The notes under the pieces: generated by a model
What the model was told of the DNA's origin: nothing
What the model saw: the letters and a program-made list of their open reading frames with translations, nothing else
Databases searched by the model: none
Program-made: the position numbers and the translations under genes
Shown: one piece after another, positions 8,241-17,022 of the stretch
Position numbering within the stretch: position 1 is the stretch's first letter
How the letters are laid out: each line of letters starts with the position of its first letter
Source: Anaerolineae bacterium
Lineage (GTDB): Bacteria; Chloroflexota; Anaerolineae; J036; Brachytrichaceae
Assembly (NCBI GenBank): GCA_018500105.2
Contig: JAHBAL020000053.1
Coordinates: 1 to 60,362, forward strand
Direction of reading: 5' to 3'
Length of the DNA: 60,362 nucleotides

Positions 8241-10166
8241 TTATGACAACGGCGCAGAAATTATATTTTCGGCATGAGGTTGTTTCTCTCCCGCTTGTTT
8301 ATTGAGGTTGGGCTGGGTTGATGCAAATTTTTGCCACAAGGCATAATAACGCCCGCCTTGCCGCATCAGCGCATCATGGCAGCCTTTTTCAACCACACGC
8401 CCTTTATGCAGCATAAAAATGCAATCAGCCTGTTTGACCGACGACAACCGATGTGTGACCCAAATGATGGTGCGATTATGTTTCAAGCGCGACAATGTGT
8501 CTAAAATGGCAGCCTCGGTCGCCACATCCAACGCCGATGTCGCCTCATCCAAAATTAAAATGGCCGGATTGCGCAAAATGGCTCGCGCCAAAGCGATGCG
8601 CTGGCGCTGCCCGCCCGACAATTGCGCCCCCATTTCACCCGCCAAAGTGTCGTAGCCTTTTGGAAAACTGCAAATGGTTTGATGCACCTCGGCGGCTTGC
8701 GCTGCCTGCTCGATCTCTTGATCGGTGGCGTTTAATTTGCCCATACGAATATTTTCGCGCAGGGTCATGTTAAACAAAAATGGCTCTTGGAAAACAATGC
8801 CAATTTGCTGCCGCAACGATTCGAGCGTGACCGACCGCACATCGAAGCCATCAATCGTAATTTGCCCAGACGACACATCGTAAAAGCGTTCGAGCAGCTT
8901 AATAATCGTGCTTTTGCCAGTGCCACTTTCGCCCACAAATGCCACGGTTTGCCCGGCTGGAATGACCAAATCAATATTTTTAACCACATAATCGCGGTTT
9001 GGATAACCAAAATACACCTCATCAAACCAAATCTCCTCGGAAAATCGCGGCAAGTTCACCGCACCAATCCGATTAACCACGTTCGGGCGCTTGTCCATTA
9101 GGTCGCGGATGCGCTTGATCGCCCCGACCGATTTCAAGATGGCGGGCACGGCTTTCTTCGCCAATTTTGTGCCATGATCGCCCGCCGTTGCCAGCAAGCT
9201 CAAAAACGCCAGCAAACCGCCCGCTGTCAGTCCTCCGCCCAACATCAGCCAGCCGCCAATGGCAATGACAAGCAGCCGCACCAGCATAATGCTCAGCCCA
9301 GAAGTTGTGCCAATGAGTTGGCTTAGGAAATCGGCGCGGATGTTGCTATTGGCCTGTTCGGCAAAACGTTGTTGCATTTGCTTACGCATGGCACGTTGCA
9401 GGCCAAAGGCGCAGACAATCATATGCGCCATGACATTTTCTTGCAGCGCCGCCAAAACGTTGGCTTTGCTGGCTTGCAATCGCGCACTGGCCGCAGTTGC
9501 CCGCACTGCAAAAATACGCGACCCCAGCATGAGCAAGGGCACAACCAATAACATTGCCAAAGCCAAGCGCCATTCTAAAAAGATCATCATGGCAACAGTG
9601 AGCACAATGGTGATGAGCGAAGCAATGGCATCCACCAAGCGGTCAATCACTTTGTCAATGGCATTGAGGTCAGCGGTGAAGCTCGACAACAAATCGCCAG
9701 TGACGCGCTCGGTATAAAACTCGCTCGATTGGGTTTGTAAATGCTCGAACAGCGACATTTGCACATCGTTGACAAAATAGGTGGTTAGTTTTGCCACCAA
9801 ATAATCGCCAGCCAAGCCCGCCAAACTGGTAAAGATAAAACCAGTCAGTAGCACCAGCAATAACAGCCCAAACAAATGAAAGTCGCGGGTGGGCAAAATA
9901 TCATCCACGATGAACTTAAGGCTAAACGCCAAGGCCGCCTTAAACGCCTCTTGTAGCGTCAGCATGAGCAATGTAGCGATAACCAGTTTTGGATAGGCGT
10001 TGAGGCGTTTCAGCACCCAACTGAGCACCCAGAAAATACCTAGATTTTTATCATATTTGCCAGTCGGCGACGAAAAAATACTCAAAAATTGCGGCAGATG
10101 GGATTTTGCAATGCTTAAATTGATCATCTTCAGTAAACCATAATCGGCATTGACGCATAAATGCAA
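8241..10166 (-). CDS. ABC transporter, fused permease/ATP-binding exporter (MsbA/ABCB-like)
   Basis: Six-TM N-terminal half, Walker A GESGTGKST, signature LSGGQRQR, Walker B ILILDEATSALD, H-loop VTHRL. The true start may be the internal Met at 10127 (MINLS...). Confidence 0.9.
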   Translation of the reverse strand: MHLCVNADYGLLKMINLSIAKSHLPQFLSIFSSPTGKYDKNLGIFWVLSWVLKRLNAYPKLVIATLLMLTLQEAFKAALAFSLKFIVDDILPTRDFHLFGLLLLVLLTGFIFTSLAGLAGDYLVAKLTTYFVNDVQMSLFEHLQTQSSEFYTERVTGDLLSSFTADLNAIDKVIDRLVDAIASLITIVLTVAMMIFLEWRLALAMLLVVPLLMLGSRIFAVRATAASARLQASKANVLAALQENVMAHMIVCAFGLQRAMRKQMQQRFAEQANSNIRADFLSQLIGTTSGLSIMLVRLLVIAIGGWLMLGGGLTAGGLLAFLSLLATAGDHGTKLAKKAVPAILKSVGAIKRIRDLMDKRPNVVNRIGAVNLPRFSEEIWFDEVYFGYPNRDYVVKNIDLVIPAGQTVAFVGESGTGKSTIIKLLERFYDVSSGQITIDGFDVRSVTLESLRQQIGIVFQEPFLFNMTLRENIRMGKLNATDQEIEQAAQAAEVHQTICSFPKGYDTLAGEMGAQLSGGQRQRIALARAILRNPAILILDEATSALDVATEAAILDTLSRLKHNRTIIWVTHRLSSVKQADCIFMLHKGRVVEKGCHDALMRQGGRYYALWQKFASTQPNLNKQAGEKQPHAENIISAPLS

Positions 10167-10326
10167 AAAAACATCGGTGCGGGCTGGCTGTCATCTATTG
10201 CCTAATAATGACAATACTAATGTTATATTTCATGATAGCAATCGCCAAAAAGACGTATATATACTTCGTCCACACAGCCGATTTATGATGCCTGAACCCG
10301 TGATATGCGATACTACGCCCGCAGCT

Positions 10327-11292
10327 ATGACCACACTTCCTTATTACACCGCCGACGATATTCGCAAAGCCTTGCCCATGCCCGCCGCCATCGAAGTGAT
10401 GCGGGCCGCGTTTCGCGCCTTGCACGCGGGGGCCGTCACCATGCCGGTGCGGTTGGGCATGAACACGCCCAATGGTTTATGTTTGTTTATGCCTGCCCAT
10501 ATTCAAAATGGCGGATTAGGGCAAAAAGTGGTAACGGTTTTCCCGGGCAATCCAGCCAATGGCTTGCCGACCATTCACGCCATCATTTTGCTGCTCGACC
10601 CAGCCAATGGGCAGCCCAAAGCCTTGCTCGAAGGCACATATCTCACCGCTTTGCGCACAGGCGCGGTCACCGGCTTGGCAACCGACTTGCTGGCAAACCC
10701 GCAAGCGCGGGTGCTGACCATCTTTGGCGCAGGCGGTCAGGCGGCGCATCAAATCGAGGCGGTGTGTGCCGTGCGCCCGATCGAAGCGGTGCGCATCATC
10801 AGCCGCAGCCACTCGGCGGCCCAACTGGCGACGAAATTGGCAAAATCTGACCCAACACGGCGCTACATTGCCCACACCACCGACAACGCGAGCGCAAGTG
10901 AGGCGGCGGTGCGCGAAGCCGATGTGATTGTGTGCTGCACTACTTCGCGGCAGCCGTTGTTTGATGGGGCTTGGGTGCGGGCTGGCACGCATGTCAATGC
11001 GGTCGGGGCCTACATGCCGCTCATGCGCGAGGTAGACGCCACGCTACTCAATCGCGCTGTTGTGACGGTGGATGACCGCGCCGCTGCCCTGCACGAGGCC
11101 GGCGATTTGCTCATCCCCATTGCCGATGGCACATGGTCTGCCGACAAAATTGTCGCCGATCTTAGCCAATTGGCCGCCGAGTCAGTGCAATTGCCTTACG
11201 ATCCGCAACGCATCACCTTCTTCAAGTCAGACGGCTTGGCCGTCGAAGACATTGCGGCGGCGCAGGCGGTGATGGCGGCGGTTTTGCACTAA
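10327..11292 (+). CDS. Ornithine cyclodeaminase / mu-crystallin family protein
   Basis: The ORF-track N-terminus (from 10150) overlaps the divergent ABC gene. ATG 10327 gives MTTLPYYTADDIRKALPMPAAIEVM, a typical OCD N-terminus. Rossmann motif IFGAGGQAAHQI. ATG 10285 is an alternative start. Confidence 0.8.
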   Translation: MTTLPYYTADDIRKALPMPAAIEVMRAAFRALHAGAVTMPVRLGMNTPNGLCLFMPAHIQNGGLGQKVVTVFPGNPANGLPTIHAIILLLDPANGQPKALLEGTYLTALRTGAVTGLATDLLANPQARVLTIFGAGGQAAHQIEAVCAVRPIEAVRIISRSHSAAQLATKLAKSDPTRRYIAHTTDNASASEAAVREADVIVCCTTSRQPLFDGAWVRAGTHVNAVGAYMPLMREVDATLLNRAVVTVDDRAAALHEAGDLLIPIADGTWSADKIVADLSQLAAESVQLPYDPQRITFFKSDGLAVEDIAAAQAVMAAVLH

Positions 11293-11299
11293 AGGTACC

Positions 11300-11332
11300 A
11301 GAAATCGGGTTTCTTCCAGAAACCCGATTTCT
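11300..11332. terminator. Bidirectional hairpin between convergent OCD-family and GntR genes
   Basis: AGAAATCGGGTTTCT-TCC-AGAAACCCGATTTCT, a perfect 15-bp stem. Confidence 0.7.
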
Positions 11333-11340
11333 AAGGGCGA

Positions 11341-12063
11341 CTAAATACCCGTCGCTTCCGTCACCGGCTTTGCCAAGGCCATCATCGCATCATCAAAGTG
11401 CTTTTCCATCGCATGTTGGGCGGCGAGGGCGTTGTGTTGCCCAATCGCCTCGACCAGCAAGGCATGTTCGGTTTGAATGCGTTGGCGGTCACGGTCATTG
11501 GTTTGGCGCAACAAACCAACCTGAATGGCAATTTTGGCCGACTCGCGGATAGACTCGATCATGTGCAACAACATGGTATTGTGGCTGGCGCGGGCAATCG
11601 CCAAATGCAGCTTGAGGTCAAGCTCGGCATAGCGCTCGGCCTCATTCAAACACGCCCCCATTTCGCGCACAAGCGCTTGCATTTCGGTCAATTGCGCATC
11701 GGCGCGGCGTTGGGCGGCCAACATCGCCGATTGCACTTCTAGCCCGCGCCTCACTTCCATCAATTCTAAAATGGCGGGCTGCTTCGCCAACAGTGAATGC
11801 TGAAAAAAAGCCGACAGCGCCTCATTGTGCAAGGGGCGAATGACCGCGCCTTTGCCATTGACCACCTCAACCAACCCGCGCCCGACCAGCGCCTGAATCG
11901 CCTCGCGGATGACGGTGCGGCTAACGCCAAATTGGTCGGCTAAATCGCCTTGCGAAGGCAAAACATCGCCCGGCATCATGCCGCGCCGCTGAATAATTTC
12001 GGCCAATTCTTCGGCGGCTTTTTCTGCAAGGGTTTCTCGTTTGAGTTTAGTGATCTCGATCAT
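11341..12063 (-). CDS. GntR family transcriptional regulator (FadR/FCD subfamily)
   Basis: wHTH LPSQGDLADQFGVSRTVIREAIQAL, followed by an all-helical FCD-like C-terminal domain. The preferred start is ATG 12063 (MIEITKLK...). Confidence 0.85.
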   Translation of the reverse strand: MIEITKLKRETLAEKAAEELAEIIQRRGMMPGDVLPSQGDLADQFGVSRTVIREAIQALVGRGLVEVVNGKGAVIRPLHNEALSAFFQHSLLAKQPAILELMEVRRGLEVQSAMLAAQRRADAQLTEMQALVREMGACLNEAERYAELDLKLHLAIARASHNTMLLHMIESIRESAKIAIQVGLLRQTNDRDRQRIQTEHALLVEAIGQHNALAAQHAMEKHFDDAMMALAKPVTEATGI

Positions 12064-12101
12064 GGTGTGCAACTGCCTAAATTTTACCCCTGATTTACCC
12101 C

Positions 12102-12130
12102 TTGACAAATTGTTAATTTAATATTACACT
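12102..12130 (+). promoter_or_regulatory. Candidate sigma-70-type promoter for the eda-kdgK cluster
   Basis: TTGACA (12102-12107), 17-nt spacer, TACACT (12125-12130). It lies in the divergent GntR/eda intergenic region, about 110 nt upstream of the eda ATG. Confidence 0.35.
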
Positions 12131-12240
12131 ATCAAAATAATACTGTCAAGCTATACTACAGGTTGTGTTTTCTCCTCCTTTCTTTTTGAACGGCCTAGCA
12201 GAATGAATGAAAGTTCAAACTGTTAGGCCAAATTTTTTAT

Positions 12241-12885
12241 ATGCGTGAAGCAACACTTCAAACGATTCAGCACGGCAAGGTGGTTGCAATTGTGCGTTTG
12301 CCGGATTTGGCAGATGCAATTGAATTGTCACGCGCCTTAATTTCGGGCGGCATCACGGCGCTTGAATTTACATTAACCAACAGCGAGGCGCTAAATGCAT
12401 TGCAAGCGGTGAAGGCCGCATTGCCCGAATTTGGGCGCGGCGAGGCGGTGATCGGTGCTGGCACAGTGATCACCCCCGACCAAGTGCGGGCCTCGGTGGC
12501 TGCTGGGGCGCAATTTATCGTCGCGCCCACCACCAATTTTGCATCTATTGCGGCTAGCCGCGAACTCGATGTGCCGATTATGCCCGGCGCGTATACGCCG
12601 ACCGAGATTTTAGCCGCATGGGAAGCGGGCGCGTCGGTAGTCAAGGTGTTTCCAGCCCGTGCGCTTGGCCCCAATTTCATCAAAGATGTGCGCGAGCCGT
12701 TGCCATTTCTCAAGCTCATGCCCACCGGCGGCATTGGCGTAGACAATGTGGCGGCGTATTTGCAAGCGGGCGCGTTCGGCGTCGGCGTTGGCGGCAATTT
12801 GGTGGACAAAAAACTCGTCGCTGCCCGCGACTGGGCCGCCCTTCGTGCCAAGGCACAAGCGTTTATGGAAGCCACCAAGACTTGA
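12241..12885 (+). CDS. eda: 2-dehydro-3-deoxyphosphogluconate / 4-hydroxy-2-oxoglutarate aldolase
   Basis: 214 aa class I aldolase, with VVAIVR, ITALEFTLTN, VKVFPA (Schiff-base Lys context) and PTGGI. Confidence 0.88.
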   Translation: MREATLQTIQHGKVVAIVRLPDLADAIELSRALISGGITALEFTLTNSEALNALQAVKAALPEFGRGEAVIGAGTVITPDQVRASVAAGAQFIVAPTTNFASIAASRELDVPIMPGAYTPTEILAAWEAGASVVKVFPARALGPNFIKDVREPLPFLKLMPTGGIGVDNVAAYLQAGAFGVGVGGNLVDKKLVAARDWAALRAKAQAFMEATKT

Positions 12886-12994
12886 GTGCTAAGTGCCAAG
12901 TAAAAAGTGCTAAGTGCTAAGTGCTAAGTGGGGGTGAGTGTGTTCTACTTTTTACTTAGCACTTAGCACTTAAGCACTTAGCACTTGAGCACTC
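12886..12994. repeat. Inverted tandem-heptamer array (CTAAGTG / CACTTAG) filling the eda-kdgK spacer
   Basis: The left arm has 6 units (CTAAGTG CCAAGTA AAAAGTG CTAAGTG x3). The right arm has about 7 units (TTACTTA GCACTTA GCACTTA...). It starts directly after the eda stop codon. Confidence 0.9.
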
Positions 12995-13003
12995 CAAAGA
13001 ATT

Positions 13004-13960
13004 ATGGATGTAATCACCCTCGGAGAAAGCATGTTGCGGTTGTCGCCGCCGGGGCATGAGCGACTGGCACAGGCGGTCACGCTAGAGATGCGTTTTGGTG
13101 GGGCCGAGTCGAATGTGGCGGTGGCGCTGGCGCGGCTGGGTCTTAAAACAGCGTGGCTGTCGCGTTTGCCCGATAACCCATTGGGCCAACGCCTGATTGC
13201 CGAATTGCGAAGTCATGGTGTGGATACCAGCGGCGTACGCATGGTGGCGGGCGAACGGCTAGGCACTTACTTTATCGAATTTGGCTCGCCGCCGCGACCG
13301 AACCGCGTTGTTTATGACCGCGCCAATTCGGCAATGTCGCGCATGGGTGTGGCAGATGTGGCGTTCGATCTGATCGCGCAAGCTCGCTGGCTGCATCTCA
13401 GCGGCATCACACCCGCCCTCGGCGAATCTTGCCGCGAGCTGACGCTGGCGGCTGCGACCTTTGCACGTAATAAACAAATTCCGGTTTCGTTCGATATCAA
13501 TTACCGCGCCTTGTTGTGGTCACCACAACAGGCTGGGCAAACGCTTGAGCCGATTTTGCAGCAGTGCGATGTCATTTTTAGCGCCCACCGCGATGCGCAA
13601 AATTTGTTTGGTGCAGCAACCAATGCCGAGCAAGCGGCGCGTGAATTGCGAGCGCGTTTTGGTTGCAAGCACATGGTCTTGACGATCGGCGAAGACGGGG
13701 CGATTGCTTGCACGCCAGAGGCCATGTCGCAACAAGCTGCGTTCCATGTCGCTAATCCGATAGACCGCATCGGCGCGGGCGATGCGTTTGATGCGGGATA
13801 CATTGCCGCCCAACTGCGCGGGCTGCCGCTCGATGCGGCGCTGCGCTTTGGCAATGCCATGAGCGCCCTCAAAATGACCGTTCCGGGCGACCTTGCGCTC
13901 ATCTCCCCCACGGAAATCGAGCAAATGCTGGCTGGTTCCAAACTGGCGAGCGTCAGATAA
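13004..13960 (+). CDS. kdgK: 2-dehydro-3-deoxygluconokinase (PfkB family sugar kinase)
   Basis: GGAESNVAVALARLG N-terminal motif and C-terminal DRIGAGDAFDAGY PfkB signature. Genomic context next to eda. Confidence 0.85.
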   Translation: MDVITLGESMLRLSPPGHERLAQAVTLEMRFGGAESNVAVALARLGLKTAWLSRLPDNPLGQRLIAELRSHGVDTSGVRMVAGERLGTYFIEFGSPPRPNRVVYDRANSAMSRMGVADVAFDLIAQARWLHLSGITPALGESCRELTLAAATFARNKQIPVSFDINYRALLWSPQQAGQTLEPILQQCDVIFSAHRDAQNLFGAATNAEQAARELRARFGCKHMVLTIGEDGAIACTPEAMSQQAAFHVANPIDRIGAGDAFDAGYIAAQLRGLPLDAALRFGNAMSALKMTVPGDLALISPTEIEQMLAGSKLASVR

Positions 13961-13964
13961 TAAG

Positions 13965-14083
13965 GAGTGCTAAGTGCTAAGTGCTAAGTCCTAAGTCCTA
14001 AGTTTTGGGTAATAGAAATATCAAATTGCTAATCCAAACTTAGGACTTAGGACTTAGGACTTAGCACTTAACACTTGACACTC
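13965..14083. repeat. Inverted tandem-heptamer array (GTGCTAA/GTCCTAA vs TTAGGAC/TTAGCAC)
   Basis: Left arm is GTGCTAA x3 then GTCCTAA x2. Right arm is TAGGACT x3, then TAGCACT, TAACACT, TGACACT. The loop is about 35 nt. It fills the kdgK-SDR spacer. Confidence 0.9.
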
Positions 14084-14089
14084 AGAACT

Positions 14090-14959
14090 ATGAAAATAGC
14101 AATCACAGGCGGCGCGGGCCGCATCGGAAAACGATCAACCGAAATCGCACTGGCGCAGGGGCACGAGGTGGTCAGCATTGACCGCGTTGCGCCCGGGCCA
14201 GACTTGATTAAGCTGGCGTACGAAGCCAGTGGGCGATTGAGCTTTTGTTATGCCGAAATCACCGATTACAACGCGGTGTATAACGCCTTCAAGGGCTGCA
14301 ATGCCGTCATCCATTTGGCGGCCTTACTCTCGCCCGATGCCGCACCACAGCCGCAAGTGCATCATTTGAATGTCACCGGCAGCTACAACGCCCTGTGCGC
14401 AGCGGCGCTGCTGGGCATCAAAAAAGTGTGCCAAGCCTCCAGCGTCAACGCCACCGGCTTGGTATTCAGCCGCGCCCCCAAGTTCGATTATTTCCCGCTC
14501 GACGAAAAGCACCCAACCTACAACGAAGACCCTTACAGCCTGTCAAAATGGATTTGCGAACAGCAAGCCGATTCGTTTGCGCGGCGATACGAAGACATGA
14601 CCATCGCCAGTATGCGTTTCCATTGGGTGCTGCCCAGCCGCGAGGTGGCGCTGAATGGCTTTGCTGGGATGGGCGGCTACAAGCAATATATTGACATTGG
14701 CATTCGCCAATTGTGGGCGTGGACGCATTTGGACGCGGCGGCGCGGGCGTGTGTGCAATCGCTGTCAGCCAATTATGTTGGACATGAGGCGTTTTATATC
14801 GTCGCGCCCAATCACGCATGGTTGGGCGATTCGCGCGATCTGGCGCACAGCCATTACCCGGCGGTGCCGATACGCGGCGAATTTTCGGGCCAGTGTAGTT
14901 TTTTTGATAGCAGCAAGGCCGAGCGATTGCTCGGCTGGCGGCATGTTGAGGTTGAGTGA
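14090..14959 (+). CDS. NAD-dependent epimerase/dehydratase family (extended SDR) protein
   Basis: MKIAITGGAGRIG Rossmann motif and YSLSK catalytic Y-x3-K. The ORF-track TTG start at 14075 lies in the repeat, so ATG 14090 is preferred. Confidence 0.8.
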   Translation: MKIAITGGAGRIGKRSTEIALAQGHEVVSIDRVAPGPDLIKLAYEASGRLSFCYAEITDYNAVYNAFKGCNAVIHLAALLSPDAAPQPQVHHLNVTGSYNALCAAALLGIKKVCQASSVNATGLVFSRAPKFDYFPLDEKHPTYNEDPYSLSKWICEQQADSFARRYEDMTIASMRFHWVLPSREVALNGFAGMGGYKQYIDIGIRQLWAWTHLDAAARACVQSLSANYVGHEAFYIVAPNHAWLGDSRDLAHSHYPAVPIRGEFSGQCSFFDSSKAERLLGWRHVEVE

Positions 14960-14964
14960 ATGTA

Positions 14965-15664
14965 GCCCTCACCCCCTCCCCCCTCTCCCTAAGGGGAGAG
15001 GGGATGATGGGTTAGTTTTAGGTATTAAAGTTAAGAAACTTGAAAGTCCATAACAACCATCCGTAATCCCCTCTCTCCAAAGAATGAAGAGGTAAGGGAA
15101 GTAAGCAATGGCAACCGAACGAAGACCACACCCTGAGATTGTTCAGCGAGCAAAAGCCTTACGACAACGATCTACACTAGCTGAGTCGAAACTTTGGTTT
15201 TGGCTGCGCGATCGCAAATTAGGTGGGTTTAAATTTCGACGACAACACCCCATTGAGCGTTTCATTGCAGATTTTGAGTGCGAAAGTTGCAAGTTAATTA
15301 TTGAATTAGATGGCGCTAGTCACGCTGATCAAACTGATTATGATGCATTACGAACTGATCGCTTAACAGAACTTGGCTATGTGGTCATGCGATTTAGCAA
15401 TGATGATGTGCAACTGCGTTTGAATGAAACAAAAGAGAAAATACATCATGAGTGCCTGCGAAGACAGCAAGAATTAATTCTACAAATCTAACTTTAGCCC
15501 TTACCTCATCCCCTCTCTACAAGGGGAGAGGGGATGATAGGTTTGTTTTAGGCATTTAAGTTATAACTTTGCAAGTATTAAACAAGAAAGCCTCTTGCTT
15601 AAACATCCAAAACAAACATCCGCACTCCCCTCTCCCTATGGGAGAGGGGGTTGAGGGTGAGGGT
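14965..15664. mobile_element. DUF559 cassette bracketed by nested inverted/direct GGGGAGAGGGG-hairpin repeats (possible selfish element)
   Basis: Outer inverted repeat: GCCCTCACCC (14965-14974) against GGGTGAGGGT (15655-15664). Inner inverted repeat: GAGGTAAGGG (15089-15098) against CCCTTACCTC (15498-15507). Three hairpins of form CCCCTCTCC-loop-GGAGAGGGG lie at ~14980-15003, ~15510-15533 and ~15627-15649. An imperfect direct repeat of roughly 100 nt (clearly alignable but diverged and with indels; identity not computed) flanks the ORF on both sides. The cassette is more AT-rich than its flanks. Confidence 0.4.
15108..15491 (+). CDS. DUF559 (Vsr/restriction-endonuclease-like fold) domain protein
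   Basis: 127 aa. LAESKLWFWLRDRKLGGFKFRRQHPIERFIADFECESCKLIIELDGASH...RTDRLTELGYVVMRFSNDDV matches the DUF559 pattern (FRRQ..IG.YI.DF.....LIIE.DG..H). Confidence 0.85.
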   Translation: MATERRPHPEIVQRAKALRQRSTLAESKLWFWLRDRKLGGFKFRRQHPIERFIADFECESCKLIIELDGASHADQTDYDALRTDRLTELGYVVMRFSNDDVQLRLNETKEKIHHECLRRQQELILQI

Positions 15665-15679
15665 CAAACAAAAATAATC

Positions 15680-16966
15680 ATGGCAAGAAAAAAATCTGCC
15701 CCCCAAGACAATGTGACAAGCTACGGTCGCCCCAGCGATTTGCGTATTACCGATATGCGCACCGCGACGGTGGGCTGGAAAGGCTGGCGCTTCAGCATTA
15801 TTCGTATTGACACCAATCAGGGCATCAGCGGTTATGGCGAAGTACGTGATGGCGCAAGCAAGACCTATGCGCTCATGCTCAAAAGTCGCTTAATCGGCGA
15901 AAACCCATGTGATGTGGATCGCCTGTTCCGCAAAATCAAGCAATTTGGGCATCATGCGCGGCAAGGCGGCGGCGTGTGCGCGGTTGAGATGGCGCTGATG
16001 GATTTGGCAGGCAAGGCATACGGCGTGCCGGCCTTCATGATCGCGGGCGGCAAATTCCGCGACAGCATTCGCATGTATTGCGACACACCCAACGAGCCAA
16101 CCGGCGAAGCGATGGGCAAAAAGATCCGCGAACGCATTAACAAGGGCTTCAGCTTTGTCAAAATGGATGTCGGGATTGGCGACCTCATTGATGTGCCGGG
16201 TGCGTTATCGGCCCCGCCCGGCATGACCAAAACCAACAAAATCATGCACCCGTTTACCCACATTCGGCTGACCGATCGCGGGATTGGCGTTTTGACCGAC
16301 TATGTGGCAGCCGTGCGTCAAGAAGTTGGCTATGAAGTGCCGATTGCGGCAGATCATTTTGGGCATATCGGGGTCGAAGATTGTCTGCGCCTCGGCCATG
16401 CGCTCGAACCGTTCAATTTGGCGTGGCTCGAAGACATGGTTCCTTGGCAATACACCGACCAATGGGTGCGCCTCAGCCGCGAATTGCGCACACCTTGCTG
16501 CACAGGCGAAGACATTTACCTGAAAGAAGGGTTTGTGCCGCTGTTCAACGAACGTGCCATTGCCATTTGTCATCCCGATCTCGCCACCAGCGGCGGCATT
16601 TTAGAGACAAAAAAGATTGGTGATATGGCGCAAGAACGCGGTATCAGCATGGCCTTGCACATGGCTGGCACACCGATCAGCACTATGGCCTCGGTGCATT
16701 GCGCCGCCGCCACCGAAAACTTCATCGCGCTCGAACATCACTTCAGCGATGAACCGTTCTGGGATAGCTTTATCAGCATTGATGGTGCGCCTAGCGGCAG
16801 CAAGATCATTCAAAACGGGTATATTCCCGTGCCCACCTCGCCGGGCTTGGGCTTTACGTTGAATGAAGACGCGGTGCGGGCGCATTTGGTCGCCGACGAT
16901 CAAGGCTTTTTCGAGCCAACCCCGCAATGGGACGGCGAACGCAGTTGGGATCGATTGTGGTCATAA
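15680..16966 (+). CDS. Enolase-superfamily (mandelate racemase/muconate lactonizing enzyme family) acid-sugar dehydratase
   Basis: The ORF-track N-terminus (15569-) translates the hairpin repeat (PLPMGEGVEGEG), so ATG 15680 (MARKKSAPQ) is preferred. ITDMRTATV...GISGYGE capping domain, FVKMDVG, AADHFGH, AWLED and CTGED metal-ligand-like motifs. Confidence 0.75.
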   Translation: MARKKSAPQDNVTSYGRPSDLRITDMRTATVGWKGWRFSIIRIDTNQGISGYGEVRDGASKTYALMLKSRLIGENPCDVDRLFRKIKQFGHHARQGGGVCAVEMALMDLAGKAYGVPAFMIAGGKFRDSIRMYCDTPNEPTGEAMGKKIRERINKGFSFVKMDVGIGDLIDVPGALSAPPGMTKTNKIMHPFTHIRLTDRGIGVLTDYVAAVRQEVGYEVPIAADHFGHIGVEDCLRLGHALEPFNLAWLEDMVPWQYTDQWVRLSRELRTPCCTGEDIYLKEGFVPLFNERAIAICHPDLATSGGILETKKIGDMAQERGISMALHMAGTPISTMASVHCAAATENFIALEHHFSDEPFWDSFISIDGAPSGSKIIQNGYIPVPTSPGLGFTLNEDAVRAHLVADDQGFFEPTPQWDGERSWDRLWS

Positions 16967-16979
16967 AACATCAACCATA

Positions 16980-17013
16980 AAAAAAGGGCAGGTCAATGAC
17001 CTGCCCTTTTTTT
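16980..17013. terminator. Bidirectional intrinsic terminator
   Basis: A-tract, AGGGCAGGTC-AAT-GACCTGCCCT, then TTTTTT. It lies between the convergent dehydratase and ftsH-like genes. Confidence 0.8.
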
Positions 17014-17022
17014 AGTTTTCTT

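Noticed and set aside
12131-12240. A GntR operator in the eda leader (ACTGTCAAGCTATACTACAGG)
   Set aside because: Only a weak CTGT...ACAG dyad with a long spacer is present. It does not match the FadR-type t.GT...AC.a consensus well enough to annotate.
14655-15053. A 132-aa plus-strand ORF running from the SDR gene into the hairpin repeat
   Set aside because: It is out of frame inside the well-supported SDR CDS and ends in repeat-derived sequence (PLPPLPKGRGDDG). It is not a credible gene.
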